Origin: Candidatus Poribacteria bacterium
GTDB taxonomy: Bacteria > Poribacteria > WGA-4E > WGA-3G
NCBI GenBank assembly: GCA_965232115.1
Contig: CBDDPD010000001.1
Coordinates: forward strand, 16,626 to 80,625
Length of the DNA: 64,000 nt
Direction: 5' to 3'
The notes under the pieces were generated by a model. That model searched no databases, was not told where the DNA came from, and saw only the letters and a program-made list of their open reading frames with translations. A program made the position numbers and the translations under genes. This document shows, piece by piece, positions 1 through 10,296 of the stretch (positions within the stretch are counted from its first letter, which is position 1; each line of letters opens with the position of its first letter).

Positions 1-325
1 ATCCAAATTTGCGTATCCGTCCCGCAGGCGTATCGGTATGCACACCGCCCAAAATCATCGTGGAGGCTTCGGACATATCTGCAAGTGTTGCACTTCTCAA
101 AGGCGTTGTGATGATGGGGTCACCGCCAATCTTCAGCCACGCGCTTTGGCTTGCAAAGTATCGGTATTCATATCCCACGCCAATCGCTGCTTCGGTTGTC
201 GTGCCGTCCGCTTTTTTGATGGTTGACGGTATGCCCGTTGTTATGGGTGTCTCAAAGCGTATCACATCATCGTCTTGTGGGTTGCTCGGTATGCTCGCAA
301 TCGCATTGATCAGGTATGTTGCCAT
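1..325 (-). CDS. Probable tail protein, runs off the window end (MATYLINAIASIP...)
   Basis: ATG at 325 with AGGAG RBS directly after the tape measure stop; frame open to the window edge. Confidence 0.6.
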   Translation of the reverse strand, partial: MATYLINAIASIPSNPQDDDVIRFETPITTGIPSTIKKADGTTTEAAIGVGYEYRYFASQSAWLKIGGDPIITTPLRSATLADMSEASTMILGGVHTDTPAGRIRKFG

Positions 326-334
326 TGGGTTCTC

Positions 335-3300
335 CTATATGAGTGTAGCGGCTTCCAATTGCGTTGTGCGGTTTCTTTGTGCCAAAAGGAAGTTGTCGCT
401 CGGTGGGTGTTGTGTTACTTCCACTTCCACGCGCTGCGGTCTGGGTTCTCCGTCTCCAAAGCCCCCGCCTCCAAAGCCTCCGCCACCCGCAACCGATACC
501 GATTGGGCATTAATATTCACCAGATCCACATGCAAGAGTTCTGGCACTCGCGGCACGTGAAATGCCTCCAATCGGTCATTGAGTCCAGAAAGTCCGGTCG
601 CAAAGTCTTGCAAACTTGAAGTAACTTCAGCGAAACCCTCTGAAATTTCGTTAAACCCTTCTATCGCTGTGGCAAAGTTTGCAATGTTTGCCGCTTCGTC
701 TGCCTGTAGCCTTTCCTGCATCTCTAAAAGTGTGGCTTCCGCAGTAAAATGGGTTTCCCACGTCTCTGTAATGCCTGACAGACGCGTGGCTATGTCGGAG
801 TACATAACAGCGTTTTCGCTCGCTTTCTGCGCTGTCTCGCTTTCGGTTTGTAGGTTTTCACCCGCTTTCTGCAGGTTTTGCTTCTCTGTTTCTATATTCT
901 GGGACGCTTTCTCTGTATTCTCGCGCGCCAATTCGGCGGTGGGTGAGGGTTCCTCTTGGTTCAACAGGGGTTCAAGGGCGGTCTGAATTGCGGTTGCGGT
1001 GGCTTCGGCTTGGGCGTTGATATCCGTTTCTCGCGCAGCGGTGCGACGTGTCAGGTCTGCTTGGGCGCGTTGTTGGCGGATGGCGGCGTTTTGTTGATCG
1101 AAGAATAGTTGTCTGCGGGCATCGTCGGAATCGTATTGGAATTCACGATTGATGTCTCCAAGTCTGCTGCGCGTACCTGTATCCAGATTGATACCCAACT
1201 GATCCAGAAGGGTGTCCACTCCGAAACCGGATTGAAGTCCACTGATCAGTCTGCCGTGTTGCTCGCCGCTTATCCCGACACCGCTTTCACGCAGTAAATC
1301 TTCAATATCTCGCTCGAGTTCAATACGTCTGTCAAGTGCGGATTCGGAGGCGGCGTTGCGGATGTCTTCAAGACGGCGTTGGTGATCCTCCTCTATCTTC
1401 TCTCTACGACGGGCTTCGTCTTCGTGGAGTTCCGTGATTTTCGCTTGACGATCCGCCTCGTTCTCAACCTGCTCGTCACGAAGGTCTTGGATTTCGTCTT
1501 GGAGGTCTTGTTCCAGTTTTAATCTTTCAGTGACGCTCTCGTGCATCTGCGGGATGGCTTCAAGGGCAATGTTTCTTTGGATATCGGCAACCGCCAGCAT
1601 ATTCTCTCGGTCGGTCTCCGACACGTCAAGCCCGTTAATAAAAGCGATCCGCTCGTCATAGAAGGTGTGGATCGCCGTAACAAGAGCCTCGCGTCGACTG
1701 GCAAATTCGGCTTCTGTGGCGTTGTCCAGCAGGAATTGTGCAGTATCGACAAGGCTATCGAGTTGTCCAAGTCCACGCTGTCCAAGTTGCTCCAGGGCTT
1801 CTCCCTCTTGGAAGTCCACTGCACGCATCTGCCGCGCCTTCTTTTCTTCCGTATCCGCGGACTCGCTTATCTTCTGACGTAGCAACGCGTGTTTATTTAG
1901 GAGTGCAGTTCGGAGTCTGGCAATGGCATCTGTAACACCCACGCGCGTTGTTTCGCTGTCGAGTTCCGCAAACAGCTGCGTTAACGCAAAGTCCACACCG
2001 CCCATCTGTTCCCCGATCTGTGTAAGCGTTACGCCGATGGCTCGGTCCTCAATACCTTTCAACGCAACCGCTTTGCCGAGTTCTAAACCCTCAAGGGCTT
2101 GGTTAAATTCCGCATCGCTCTCAAACGCGTCACGAAGGTCTTTCAACGCTTGAATCCGTCTATCAAAACGTTTCCCCGTCAATATCCGTATTGAAGCGAT
2201 AATCCTTTGCATTTCTGCCGGGTCGTCTGTGAGTTGCACTGCTAACTCCAGATTGTCGAGCGCACCCTCAATAAAGTCGACCTGTTTCTGTGCCGCAGCA
2301 GAGATCGCATCAAACTTTTCGGTGTCAAGGTTTGAAAGTGCCAACTGCTGACCGAGTGCCAGCCCTGTCAATGCCCTGTTGAAATCTTCATCTGATAAGG
2401 TGTCGCGGATGTCATGTAGCTCTTGGATCAGCACATCAAACCGCGAAGCCGTGAGAATCTGGATAGCCTCTAATATGTGCTGTGTTTCGACAGCGTCCTC
2501 GGTGAGTTGCAACGCCACTCGCAAGTTCTCAATCGTGGCGTTGATGGCTTCCACGTGACGCATCGCCGCTGCCGAAATCTCGTCAAACTTCTCCGTGTCA
2601 ATGTTAGAGAGGGCAACCTGTTCCCCGAGATTGATACCTCTCACAGCGCGGTTGTACGCTTCAGGATCCAGGCTGTCTTTGATGTTCTCCAGTTCCTCAC
2701 GTAAGACAGTAAATCTCGCAACTGTGAGAATCCTGATAGCGTCAAGAATCTGCTGTCTTTCCGTGGGGTTGTCTGTTAACTCAAGCGAGAGCCGGAGGTT
2801 CTCAATATCCGTATGGATGGCAGTGACTTGTTTCTCTGCCGCAGCAGAGATCGCCTCAAACTTTTCGGTGTCAAGGTTTGAAAGTGCCAACTGCTCGGAT
2901 AGGTTCAAACCTTCTAACGCTTGTTGGTACCGGTCATCGGTGAGTGTGTCCTTGAGTGTCTCTAATTCATCGCGCAGGGCACTGAAGCGTGCCGCGGTCA
3001 GCACCTGTATCGCGTCAAGCATCTGTTGTATTTCTTCGGGAGCGTCCGTCAACGCAAGCGAGAGCCGGAGGTTCTCGATAGAGCCGTTGATAAATGCAAC
3101 CTGTGCCTGTGCTTCGGCAGATATAGCGTTGAGTGCCTGTGTATCTATGCCGGCAAGGGCGCGGTTCTCTGCAGTCGTGAGTCCCAAGATCGCCGCGTCA
3201 AAAGCGGTTTGACTGATTTCCGCTGCTGCCAGTCGTTCATCCAGCCGTTCCCGCAGCCTGCTATATTTATCTGCTATCAGGATTCGGAGTGCCTCTAAAA

Positions 3301-5674
3301 AGCCTGCTATTGCTTGCGGGTCATCAGATTGCTCCACAGAAAACTGCAACGCTTCAATGTTCGCATCTATCAACGCCACATCGTCATCCATTGCTGAGAA
3401 TGTGTTTGCCAAAACAGCGTCAGCATGTCGCTCGGTTTCAGAGGCTTTGGAATTGTGTATTGCCGTCAGGCTGGTGTTATAGACATCCACGCTCATCTCA
3501 CCGGCAACGTATTTCTCATCTAACGCTTTTCGGAGCAGGCGGTATTTCTCAGTGATAAGCGCGGGGACTTGGTCGAGTAACCTCGCAATCTCTGCTGGGT
3601 CGTTTGATTGGTCAATTTGGGTTTCGAGTGCCGTCATCGAGGCGTTGATGCGTTGCGCGTCCTCGTCAATGATCCGTAGTGTGTTTGCTAAAACGGCATC
3701 CGAATGGCGTTCAACCTCCCGTGCTGCGTTGCTCTGAAGTTCGGACAACGCGGCGTTGAAAACGGATTCGGTGATTTCGCCTGCTCCAAAGCGAGCCTCT
3801 AACGCTTTTCGGAGCATCTCATACTTCTGGCGTATGAGGTCAGGCACTTGCGAAAGCAGGCGTGCAATTTCTTCAGGGTCCTTGGATTGGTCAATCCGAG
3901 TTTCTATTGAGAGGATCGCAGCATTGATTATCTCAATACCTGCGTTGATGCTCTCAATTACAGGCGCAATGGATTCCGCGGGCGTCGCAGCAGCGACTTC
4001 GGCAGCATAGGCTTCGGTGCCGTATTGGGCGCGGGCGATGGCTTCGGTGTTCTCTCGACCGCTGGCAAGGTCAATCGCGCCTCGCACTTGGCGATCTGCT
4101 ATGGTACTTCGGAGATTGAAGCGTTGGCTGCTCGGCACTGCTTCAAGTGCCAGTCGGCTCTCATTATTCAACGCGTTAAGGGTTCTGTTGAGTGCCTCAA
4201 TGTTACCGATTGCCCTGCCTGTGGCACGTCTCTGTAGGGTGTAGGAATCAATCTGTTGTTGATATAGGGCAGTGTTGGCTTGGATAACACGCTGAAGCGC
4301 GCCTTGCACATCACCTCCGGATTGCTTTGCGAAATCCAGATTGAATTGGGCTTGGTTTAATGCTTCCCGAAGTCCTTCCAAAACACCGTCGGTATACGAT
4401 TGGATTGTTTCGATCATCCGATCCGGGATCGTGGCAACTTCGTCAAGTGTGGTTTTACCTATGTGTGGGTCAAGTCCCTCAAGCAGTGCGCGGAGGTGTG
4501 GATCGTCGGTTAAGCCCGTTGCCCGCGAGAGGTGCCCACGTCCAAACGCCAGTAAGTCGGTGGGTATTCCAAACTCACCCCGTTCAAACGCGTCTCGGTT
4601 CGCTCTATCGAGGGCAGGCAGGCGTGCATCGGCGTGGCGTTGGTCAAATGTGAAAGCGTCGTGGAGTTGGAAGGGGAGCATCGCGATGGAAAGCGGGTTG
4701 CCGCTGGCGAGTCCGGCAATATCAAATTGACCGATTTTTGTTGTCAAGGATCCAATATCGCCTTCAAAGCGTGCAAGTTCTCCAATAACGCCCTCAATCG
4801 CCGATGCCATTTCACGGAGTTCTTGCGCGGTTTCTCTGGCGGCTTCCCTCTCGGTGCGTTCTGTCTCTTGGTCCTGCCTACCCGAAAGCCGATTGACATA
4901 ATCTCTACCCTGTTGCCCGGCGCGCTGTTGATCTTCCTCAATTGTTAATCCGATCGGGTTCTGTTGGAAATAGCGTTGCTCATTGAGCGCAGAGCGCTCA
5001 AGTGAACCCGCAACATCTGGTAGGCGGTTCCCAAGATAACTGCCTAACGCCTGAACGCCCGATAAAAGGTTCGCAACCGCGTCGGCTGAGCGTTCGGATT
5101 CATCGACAAGCGTTGATGAGAAATTTCGGTAAGCAATATCCGCATCTTCAATCGGTCTTGAAACCGCGGCAAGCACATCAATGTAAGGTTCAGCTTTTGC
5201 GCGGGCTTCGTCGAATGAAAGCCCCTGATCTTGCAGTCTATTCACAAGATCGACAAACGCATCACGAAGCCGCAAAACCTCGTCAACCGTACGGACCATC
5301 TGCCCCTCAAGACTTTCTATAGGTACCGTCAATTCCTGAACCACCGCGCGTTGTGCCGCTGATATCTGTTGAGAGGCACGAATTTGCTGTTGGGCGACAC
5401 GTTCGCGTTCGCGGGCCTCTCGCTGTGTTTGAGCGACCGCCTGTTTCTGAAGGTTCGCCTGCTCAATGCGACTTCGGATTGTGGCTTTTATCGCGTTGGT
5501 CTTCGCCATCTGCGCGCGGATATTTTTCTGCTCTTCTGCCGTAGCCCCGATAAGTCGGTCTTTTTGCTCGGCGAGCGTTTTATTCAGTTGCGCAAGCTTA
5601 CCGCGAAGAGTTTGGATCTCCCCCTGTGCTTGACGCGATTCTGCTCTGAAAATTATCCTTGCTTCTGCTGCCAT
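335..5674 (-). CDS. Tail tape measure protein
   Basis: 1779 aa, Ala/Leu/Glu-rich helical sequence with ~90-aa internal repeats; downstream of tail tube and chaperone genes. Confidence 0.8.
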   Translation of the reverse strand: MAAEARIIFRAESRQAQGEIQTLRGKLAQLNKTLAEQKDRLIGATAEEQKNIRAQMAKTNAIKATIRSRIEQANLQKQAVAQTQREARERERVAQQQIRASQQISAAQRAVVQELTVPIESLEGQMVRTVDEVLRLRDAFVDLVNRLQDQGLSFDEARAKAEPYIDVLAAVSRPIEDADIAYRNFSSTLVDESERSADAVANLLSGVQALGSYLGNRLPDVAGSLERSALNEQRYFQQNPIGLTIEEDQQRAGQQGRDYVNRLSGRQDQETERTEREAARETAQELREMASAIEGVIGELARFEGDIGSLTTKIGQFDIAGLASGNPLSIAMLPFQLHDAFTFDQRHADARLPALDRANRDAFERGEFGIPTDLLAFGRGHLSRATGLTDDPHLRALLEGLDPHIGKTTLDEVATIPDRMIETIQSYTDGVLEGLREALNQAQFNLDFAKQSGGDVQGALQRVIQANTALYQQQIDSYTLQRRATGRAIGNIEALNRTLNALNNESRLALEAVPSSQRFNLRSTIADRQVRGAIDLASGRENTEAIARAQYGTEAYAAEVAAATPAESIAPVIESINAGIEIINAAILSIETRIDQSKDPEEIARLLSQVPDLIRQKYEMLRKALEARFGAGEITESVFNAALSELQSNAAREVERHSDAVLANTLRIIDEDAQRINASMTALETQIDQSNDPAEIARLLDQVPALITEKYRLLRKALDEKYVAGEMSVDVYNTSLTAIHNSKASETERHADAVLANTFSAMDDDVALIDANIEALQFSVEQSDDPQAIAGFLEALRILIADKYSRLRERLDERLAAAEISQTAFDAAILGLTTAENRALAGIDTQALNAISAEAQAQVAFINGSIENLRLSLALTDAPEEIQQMLDAIQVLTAARFSALRDELETLKDTLTDDRYQQALEGLNLSEQLALSNLDTEKFEAISAAAEKQVTAIHTDIENLRLSLELTDNPTERQQILDAIRILTVARFTVLREELENIKDSLDPEAYNRAVRGINLGEQVALSNIDTEKFDEISAAAMRHVEAINATIENLRVALQLTEDAVETQHILEAIQILTASRFDVLIQELHDIRDTLSDEDFNRALTGLALGQQLALSNLDTEKFDAISAAAQKQVDFIEGALDNLELAVQLTDDPAEMQRIIASIRILTGKRFDRRIQALKDLRDAFESDAEFNQALEGLELGKAVALKGIEDRAIGVTLTQIGEQMGGVDFALTQLFAELDSETTRVGVTDAIARLRTALLNKHALLRQKISESADTEEKKARQMRAVDFQEGEALEQLGQRGLGQLDSLVDTAQFLLDNATEAEFASRREALVTAIHTFYDERIAFINGLDVSETDRENMLAVADIQRNIALEAIPQMHESVTERLKLEQDLQDEIQDLRDEQVENEADRQAKITELHEDEARRREKIEEDHQRRLEDIRNAASESALDRRIELERDIEDLLRESGVGISGEQHGRLISGLQSGFGVDTLLDQLGINLDTGTRSRLGDINREFQYDSDDARRQLFFDQQNAAIRQQRAQADLTRRTAARETDINAQAEATATAIQTALEPLLNQEEPSPTAELARENTEKASQNIETEKQNLQKAGENLQTESETAQKASENAVMYSDIATRLSGITETWETHFTAEATLLEMQERLQADEAANIANFATAIEGFNEISEGFAEVTSSLQDFATGLSGLNDRLEAFHVPRVPELLHVDLVNINAQSVSVAGGGGFGGGGFGDGEPRPQRVEVEVTQHPPSDNFLLAQRNRTTQLEAATLI

Positions 5675-5678
5675 TGTA

Positions 5679-6284
5679 CTATTCTTTCTGTTCTGATGCG
5701 GAAGTCACGCGATCACTATCATCGTGATGGCGTGCTTCCGCTTTCACTTCTTCCATTTCAGTTTGAAGCAACCACAAATCGTTTTCGATTTGGAGTTCGT
5801 CAATCGTGTCATTCATAATGTCTAACATGTTCGGATTCCGGCGTTTCAACCATTCAATCGTTACGCCTCTTGGCTTGATAATCGCCATCTGGAGTCGGCG
5901 ATAGAACCGTTCAACCGCGCCGTCATCATCGTTGTTGTCAGCAAGTTTATCCGCAACGATGTCCGTAATGTCCGATGTTTCCAATTCCTGTCCCTTCTCA
6001 GTCTTTTCAAGGAATACAGACACCAGCGACTGAACATCATTTTCCGATAGCCGTGACTGATGTAAAATCGCTTCCTCGTTAGAGGTCAACGCCCGAAGGT
6101 GAACATTTATCGGCTCATCAGGACTCTCAGGATCGTCAAAAGAGAGAATACGCTCAGCGCGTTTCATCTTCTTATCAAGTTGTTTCGCCGTCTTGAATTT
6201 GAAGTCCTTAAGGTCTACTTTACTGGGATCGTGGATGGTGACTTTCAAGGTTTCAGGTTCTTGAGATTGTACCGTTTCTGACAT
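5679..6284 (-). CDS. Putative tail assembly chaperone
   Basis: Acidic 201 aa protein immediately upstream of the tape measure gene; AGGAG RBS. Confidence 0.5.
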   Translation of the reverse strand: MSETVQSQEPETLKVTIHDPSKVDLKDFKFKTAKQLDKKMKRAERILSFDDPESPDEPINVHLRALTSNEEAILHQSRLSENDVQSLVSVFLEKTEKGQELETSDITDIVADKLADNNDDDGAVERFYRRLQMAIIKPRGVTIEWLKRRNPNMLDIMNDTIDELQIENDLWLLQTEMEEVKAEARHHDDSDRVTSASEQKE

Positions 6285-6733
6285 TAGATTCTCCTTTCTT
6301 TTATTGTCAGGACTACTTAGACCGTGCTATACTCTCCAAAAGGGACTATCTATCAATGAACATCTCGCTGGCAATCCGAAACCCAATAAACGCTACTTAG
6401 CCCGCCTTTTTCCCAATTCAGTATACCCGCCCTTAGCCTGCCAGCAGAACCGGATTCAACGCGCTGCTATGCCGATTTACAATACATTCGCAATATATTT
6501 ATTGGAAAAGCGGGTATAGGGAAGGATGTTGGGTAGGAATGGACTTCTAGGAGCGGTCTCCCGTTCACAGAGGTCGGTAACTTAGATCAAAAACGCTTAT
6601 CATCCTCGATCCAGAGGCGGAGAGCGAGTTGACTGATAATATTGCCATTATCACAGGCGTGATTTACAACGCCAAGCATGCTCGCTACAACGACACAATG
6701 GTGAAAGCGATTGAAACTTTCCACATTCTTTCC

Positions 6734-6762
6734 TTGACAAATAGCCTGAAAACCACTATACT
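6734..6762 (+). promoter_or_regulatory. Sigma70-type promoter
   Basis: TTGACA-17 bp-TATACT. Confidence 0.8.
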
Positions 6763-6769
6763 GTTCTCA

Positions 6770-6863
6770 ACGTAGTTGGTAGAGAATGCGATCCGCCTCG
6801 CTTGAGGCGGTCTCTACCGAAACTGAGTCGCATCAGGAACTACGTCGTTGAAGCTACGTGAAC
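6770..6863 (+). ncRNA. Structured leader RNA, copy A
   Basis: P1 ACGTAGTT/AACTACGT; P2 GGTAGAGA/TCTCTACC; P3 CCGCCTC/GAGGCGG; P4 CTGA/TCAG; kissing TGCGAT/GTCGCA; second P1' GCTACGT. Confidence 0.7.
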
Positions 6864-7134
6864 ACGCTACAAATTATACATTCCAGTTGGCTGGCACAGT
6901 AACAAACAGAAGTACATCACGAGACCTACAAGCGCATCTATAACGAGCGGATGTCAGATTTAACGGCACTCTGTAGCAAGTGCCACGAGGCAGCCCATAC
7001 CCGGACCCCCAAAAGCCGAAAGAGAAGCACTACTGGAGAAAGGTACCGAACCCGAAAACCTAAACAACGCAGATTTTATCGAAAACGCAAGCCGAAAACA
7101 AAACGCAATATGTAGTTTTGGAAAGGAGAAATGC

Positions 7135-7629
7135 GTGAAAATCAATATGTCTTTTTATCCTTGTCTGTGTGTTATCATTTTTTGTCTAAGTTTTGTGGGG
7201 TGTGGAAAAACGGATTACATTGTTCTGCGTGATGTCCCACAATCCCCTTCTTTTGTGGTAATTCCTGTTACTACTACTATTTCTGAAGTTAGTTACGCTA
7301 ATAGAGTCGAAAGAGCAATCATCGCTGCTGGCGTTACAGTGGTTCTTCGCCCAGCATTGAAAGAGGTAGAGGAAACTACAACAACTCCAACTAATAATGG
7401 GGACAGCACCACGATTTTGACTGAAAGATATTTTGAACTTGATGAGTTGACTGCGGATTACCTCGTTCAAACTTACGCAACTCCAGCACAAGTCAAAATT
7501 TCAAAACTATCAACCCGTGAAGTCCTCACAATCATAAATGTTGCACGTGTTTCTCGCGGTCAAGGTGTAGAACACCCTAATGATACAATGTTGAAAGTAT
7601 TATCCAAATTACTTGGAATGCAGAAGTAG
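7135..7629 (+). CDS. Putative lipoprotein (moron)
   Basis: Hydrophobic signal peptide with lipobox-like FVGC; AAGGAG RBS. Confidence 0.65.
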   Translation: MKINMSFYPCLCVIIFCLSFVGCGKTDYIVLRDVPQSPSFVVIPVTTTISEVSYANRVERAIIAAGVTVVLRPALKEVEETTTTPTNNGDSTTILTERYFELDELTADYLVQTYATPAQVKISKLSTREVLTIINVARVSRGQGVEHPNDTMLKVLSKLLGMQK

Positions 7630-7822
7630 ATTGATGCTCGTTACTAAAAGGAATTCCGTATCTGCTGTGGTAGAACCCACCGAAAAGTCAACAGGTAACG
7701 CTGAGAATGCCCAGTTGCTTGAATTGGCAGATAGACTTCAGAAACAGAACGAGGTTTTTATGTTACCACCGGAAACGCACACAAAGCCGACATGGTGGCA
7801 ACACTTGACAAGGAAGTAATAC

Positions 7823-8365
7823 ATGGAGAATATAGATTGGTCCGCTTGGATAGTGGCAGCTTCTGCATTCATAACAGCAGTTGCTACTGGTGTTCTCGCT
7901 ATCATTACACGACGATACGTCCGACTCACGCAGGAGATGTTAGAAAACTCCTACAGACCAGAAATTGACCTTCATCTATTAAACACAGGGAGAGTATACC
8001 CCAATCAAGTCGGTGTGGGAGTGGGGAAAGCCGCTTTACTTATCCTCAGTGCAAAAAATATAGGTCCAGGAGTTGCCCGTAAGATTGAGTTTAAAGGGCA
8101 TGATTCTTTCAATCCTGATCCTGATAACGTAGGCAGTTTTCCACTTCAGCACGTTTATTTCCTTGAGGAAAAAAGGGACCGCCTTCTTTCTGGGGATGAA
8201 CTAAAATCACAGGATAATCTTCTTGGGTATAAGTTTGATATGGCTTCAAGCGATCTAAATAAATTTCAGGTTACGATTACAGGGACTTGGGAAGATACAA
8301 AAGGAAAGAAATATTGCGATGATTTTCCTCTCAATTTTGCGGATCCTAATACATGGCGTAAATAA
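7823..8365 (+). CDS. Membrane-anchored hypothetical protein
   Basis: N-terminal transmembrane helix; 180 aa. Confidence 0.6.
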   Translation: MENIDWSAWIVAASAFITAVATGVLAIITRRYVRLTQEMLENSYRPEIDLHLLNTGRVYPNQVGVGVGKAALLILSAKNIGPGVARKIEFKGHDSFNPDPDNVGSFPLQHVYFLEEKRDRLLSGDELKSQDNLLGYKFDMASSDLNKFQVTITGTWEDTKGKKYCDDFPLNFADPNTWRK

Positions 8366-8618
8366 ATTGCTTTGAGAAGTTCCTCATCATAAATTTACAA
8401 ATTTGAGCCCACGCCCCGCCCACACTGCATCACCACACACAACCCACACTCTGCCTGTAAGACGCTTTGAACTCCTTGTCCTGTGGTCTCAGGGGCAAAG
8501 GATAGGGCGGGGATGTGTAAACATATTGACGAAGGGGTTGATATTATGTTTCTTAGACGCACCAGAGAAGAACGGCGAATCGCGACAGATTACACGGTAC
8601 ACAAAAAATAAAAGAATT

Positions 8619-8647
8619 TTGATGTAGCGTCTAAAATGTGGTAAAAT
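8619..8647 (+). promoter_or_regulatory. Sigma70-type promoter
   Basis: TTGATG-17 bp-TAAAAT with extended -10 TG. Confidence 0.6.
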
Positions 8648-8654
8648 GAATATA

Positions 8655-8746
8655 ACTTGCTGGACAGGGATTCCACCTCGGCGCGCTCCAAGTGCCGAGT
8701 CCTGTCCGTACCGCTGGAATGGTAGATAGGCAAGTGGCAAGCGAAC
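8655..8746 (+). ncRNA. Structured leader RNA, copy B
   Basis: P1 ACTTGC/GCAAGT; P2 GGACAGG/CCTGTCC; P3 CTCGGCGC/GTGCCGAG; P4 TACC/GGTA; kissing ATTCCA/TGGAAT; second P1' GGCAAGC. Confidence 0.7.
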
Positions 8747-8831
8747 CTCGAAAACATAAATTTTAATATTTAGTGTGATCTCGTTAATTGTGTGGGGGTC
8801 TCGTGTTTACCCTTTCACGCATTAATTCATA

Positions 8832-9002
8832 CTAAGCTTTGGACAATTTTTAGAGGGATACACATTTCGCCCCACTGGGGCTTGTCTGTGGTGTATCCGA
8901 GTTTCTTTTCGCGTGAGTTGGGTTGGTTTAAGAAACTCACAGAAAAACATATAAACTCTTGAAAGCTCAACTCACAGGCAACACCGATTGTCCAAACTTT
9001 AT
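8832..9002. mobile_element. MITE (~171 bp)
   Basis: Imperfect TIRs CTAAGCTTTGGACAAT / ATTGTCCAAACTTTAT flanked by direct repeat TAATTCATA (8823-8831, 9003-9011). Confidence 0.7.
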
Positions 9003-9026
9003 TAATTCATAGAAGGACTTATTTTT

Positions 9027-10289
9027 ATGTATAGAAAAGTAAATTACGCGGTGCTGAGTGTCTTGTTACTCATTTCCGCTGTATTTATTTATGATTTTGG
9101 GTACACACATCCTGGTAAAACGGACGCGAAAGGCGGACATTACAATCGGAAGACAGGCGAGTATCACTATCATGGTGGGGCAAAACCACGCCCTCCGGTT
9201 AATATTGCTCCGACAGCACCCAAAAATTTAGGGGATGCTGAGGTTGTCCCTGGTCCGACAGTAGCCCAAGGTGTTACTGGTAAGGTTTCGCGACGGTCTG
9301 AGTTGAAGTTAGCAGCTTGGAACATCCGCATTATGAGCAACAAGAGCCGAACAGATGCCGAGTTACACAAGATAGCGCAAACCCTTATTGACTATGATTT
9401 CATCGCAATCAGCGAGTTACGCGATGAAAGAGTTTTGAAGCGCGTCCAGAGAATCCTCTCGGAGTCGGGGGCGGAGTATGGTTATCTGATTAGCGATCCT
9501 GTCGGTCGGGAAGGTAGCCCGCACAAGGAGCGTTACGCGTTTCTCTACTACAAGGGACTGGTGAGTGTTGTCAAGGGTGGGGAACTCTATCCGGATGCAG
9601 CAGACGGCACAGACGACTTTGTCCGCGATCCGTATTGGGCGACCTTCCGCGCGGGCAGGTTTGATTTTTCAGTAATTGCTGTCCATGTCATTTGGGGGGA
9701 TAGGGTCGGACCCAGGAAAGCGGAAGTGAGGGCATTGGCAGATGTTTATCGGTATGTCCAAAAAGCGAATGGGGCTGAAGATGATGTTCTGCTCGTAGGG
9801 GATTTCAATCGGAACCCGAATGATACGGAAGCCTACAGTCGAATCATGTCAATCCCTTCGATGACGCGTCTATTTCAGTTACCACAGAAATCACATATAA
9901 GAGATTCAAGTCTTTACGACAACATTTTTTTTCAGAAGAATCATGTCACTGAGTACCTCGGTAGATCAGGGATCGACAAATTTGATGAAATGGATTTCGG
10001 GAACGATGACAAAGCCGCGAACCTCGCTGTCAGTGATCATCGCCCCGTCTGGGCAGTTTTTAGCATAACCCAAGATGACGATGGGAGCAATGCAGGCGGT
10101 TCTGAACCGGAACCCTTCCAACCGCCAGAAGATACTCCCATTGAGGATGTGTCGGTTTATGTCACTCGAACAGGTAAGAAGTATCATCTTGGCAGTTGTA
10201 GTTCATTGAGACGAAGTAAGATTGAAATTACGCTGGCGGAGGCGAAACAGAAGTATGGGGCGTGTTCAAGGTGTAATCCGCCACGGTAG
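9027..10289 (+). CDS. Secreted DNase I-like endonuclease/exonuclease/phosphatase with YHYH N-domain and C-terminal Cys/His metal-binding domain
   Basis: Signal peptide; HPG..GGH...EYHYH; AWNI, ERYAFLY, GDFN, SDHRPV motifs; VYVTRTGKKYH...C...CSRC. Confidence 0.85.
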   Translation: MYRKVNYAVLSVLLLISAVFIYDFGYTHPGKTDAKGGHYNRKTGEYHYHGGAKPRPPVNIAPTAPKNLGDAEVVPGPTVAQGVTGKVSRRSELKLAAWNIRIMSNKSRTDAELHKIAQTLIDYDFIAISELRDERVLKRVQRILSESGAEYGYLISDPVGREGSPHKERYAFLYYKGLVSVVKGGELYPDAADGTDDFVRDPYWATFRAGRFDFSVIAVHVIWGDRVGPRKAEVRALADVYRYVQKANGAEDDVLLVGDFNRNPNDTEAYSRIMSIPSMTRLFQLPQKSHIRDSSLYDNIFFQKNHVTEYLGRSGIDKFDEMDFGNDDKAANLAVSDHRPVWAVFSITQDDDGSNAGGSEPEPFQPPEDTPIEDVSVYVTRTGKKYHLGSCSSLRRSKIEITLAEAKQKYGACSRCNPPR

Positions 10290-10296
10290 GTGTATT

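Noticed and set aside
6815-6836. Hammerhead ribozyme core (GAAA CTGA) in leader copy A
   Set aside because: No CUGANGA in the right arrangement, and the nucleotides are not conserved in the other four copies.
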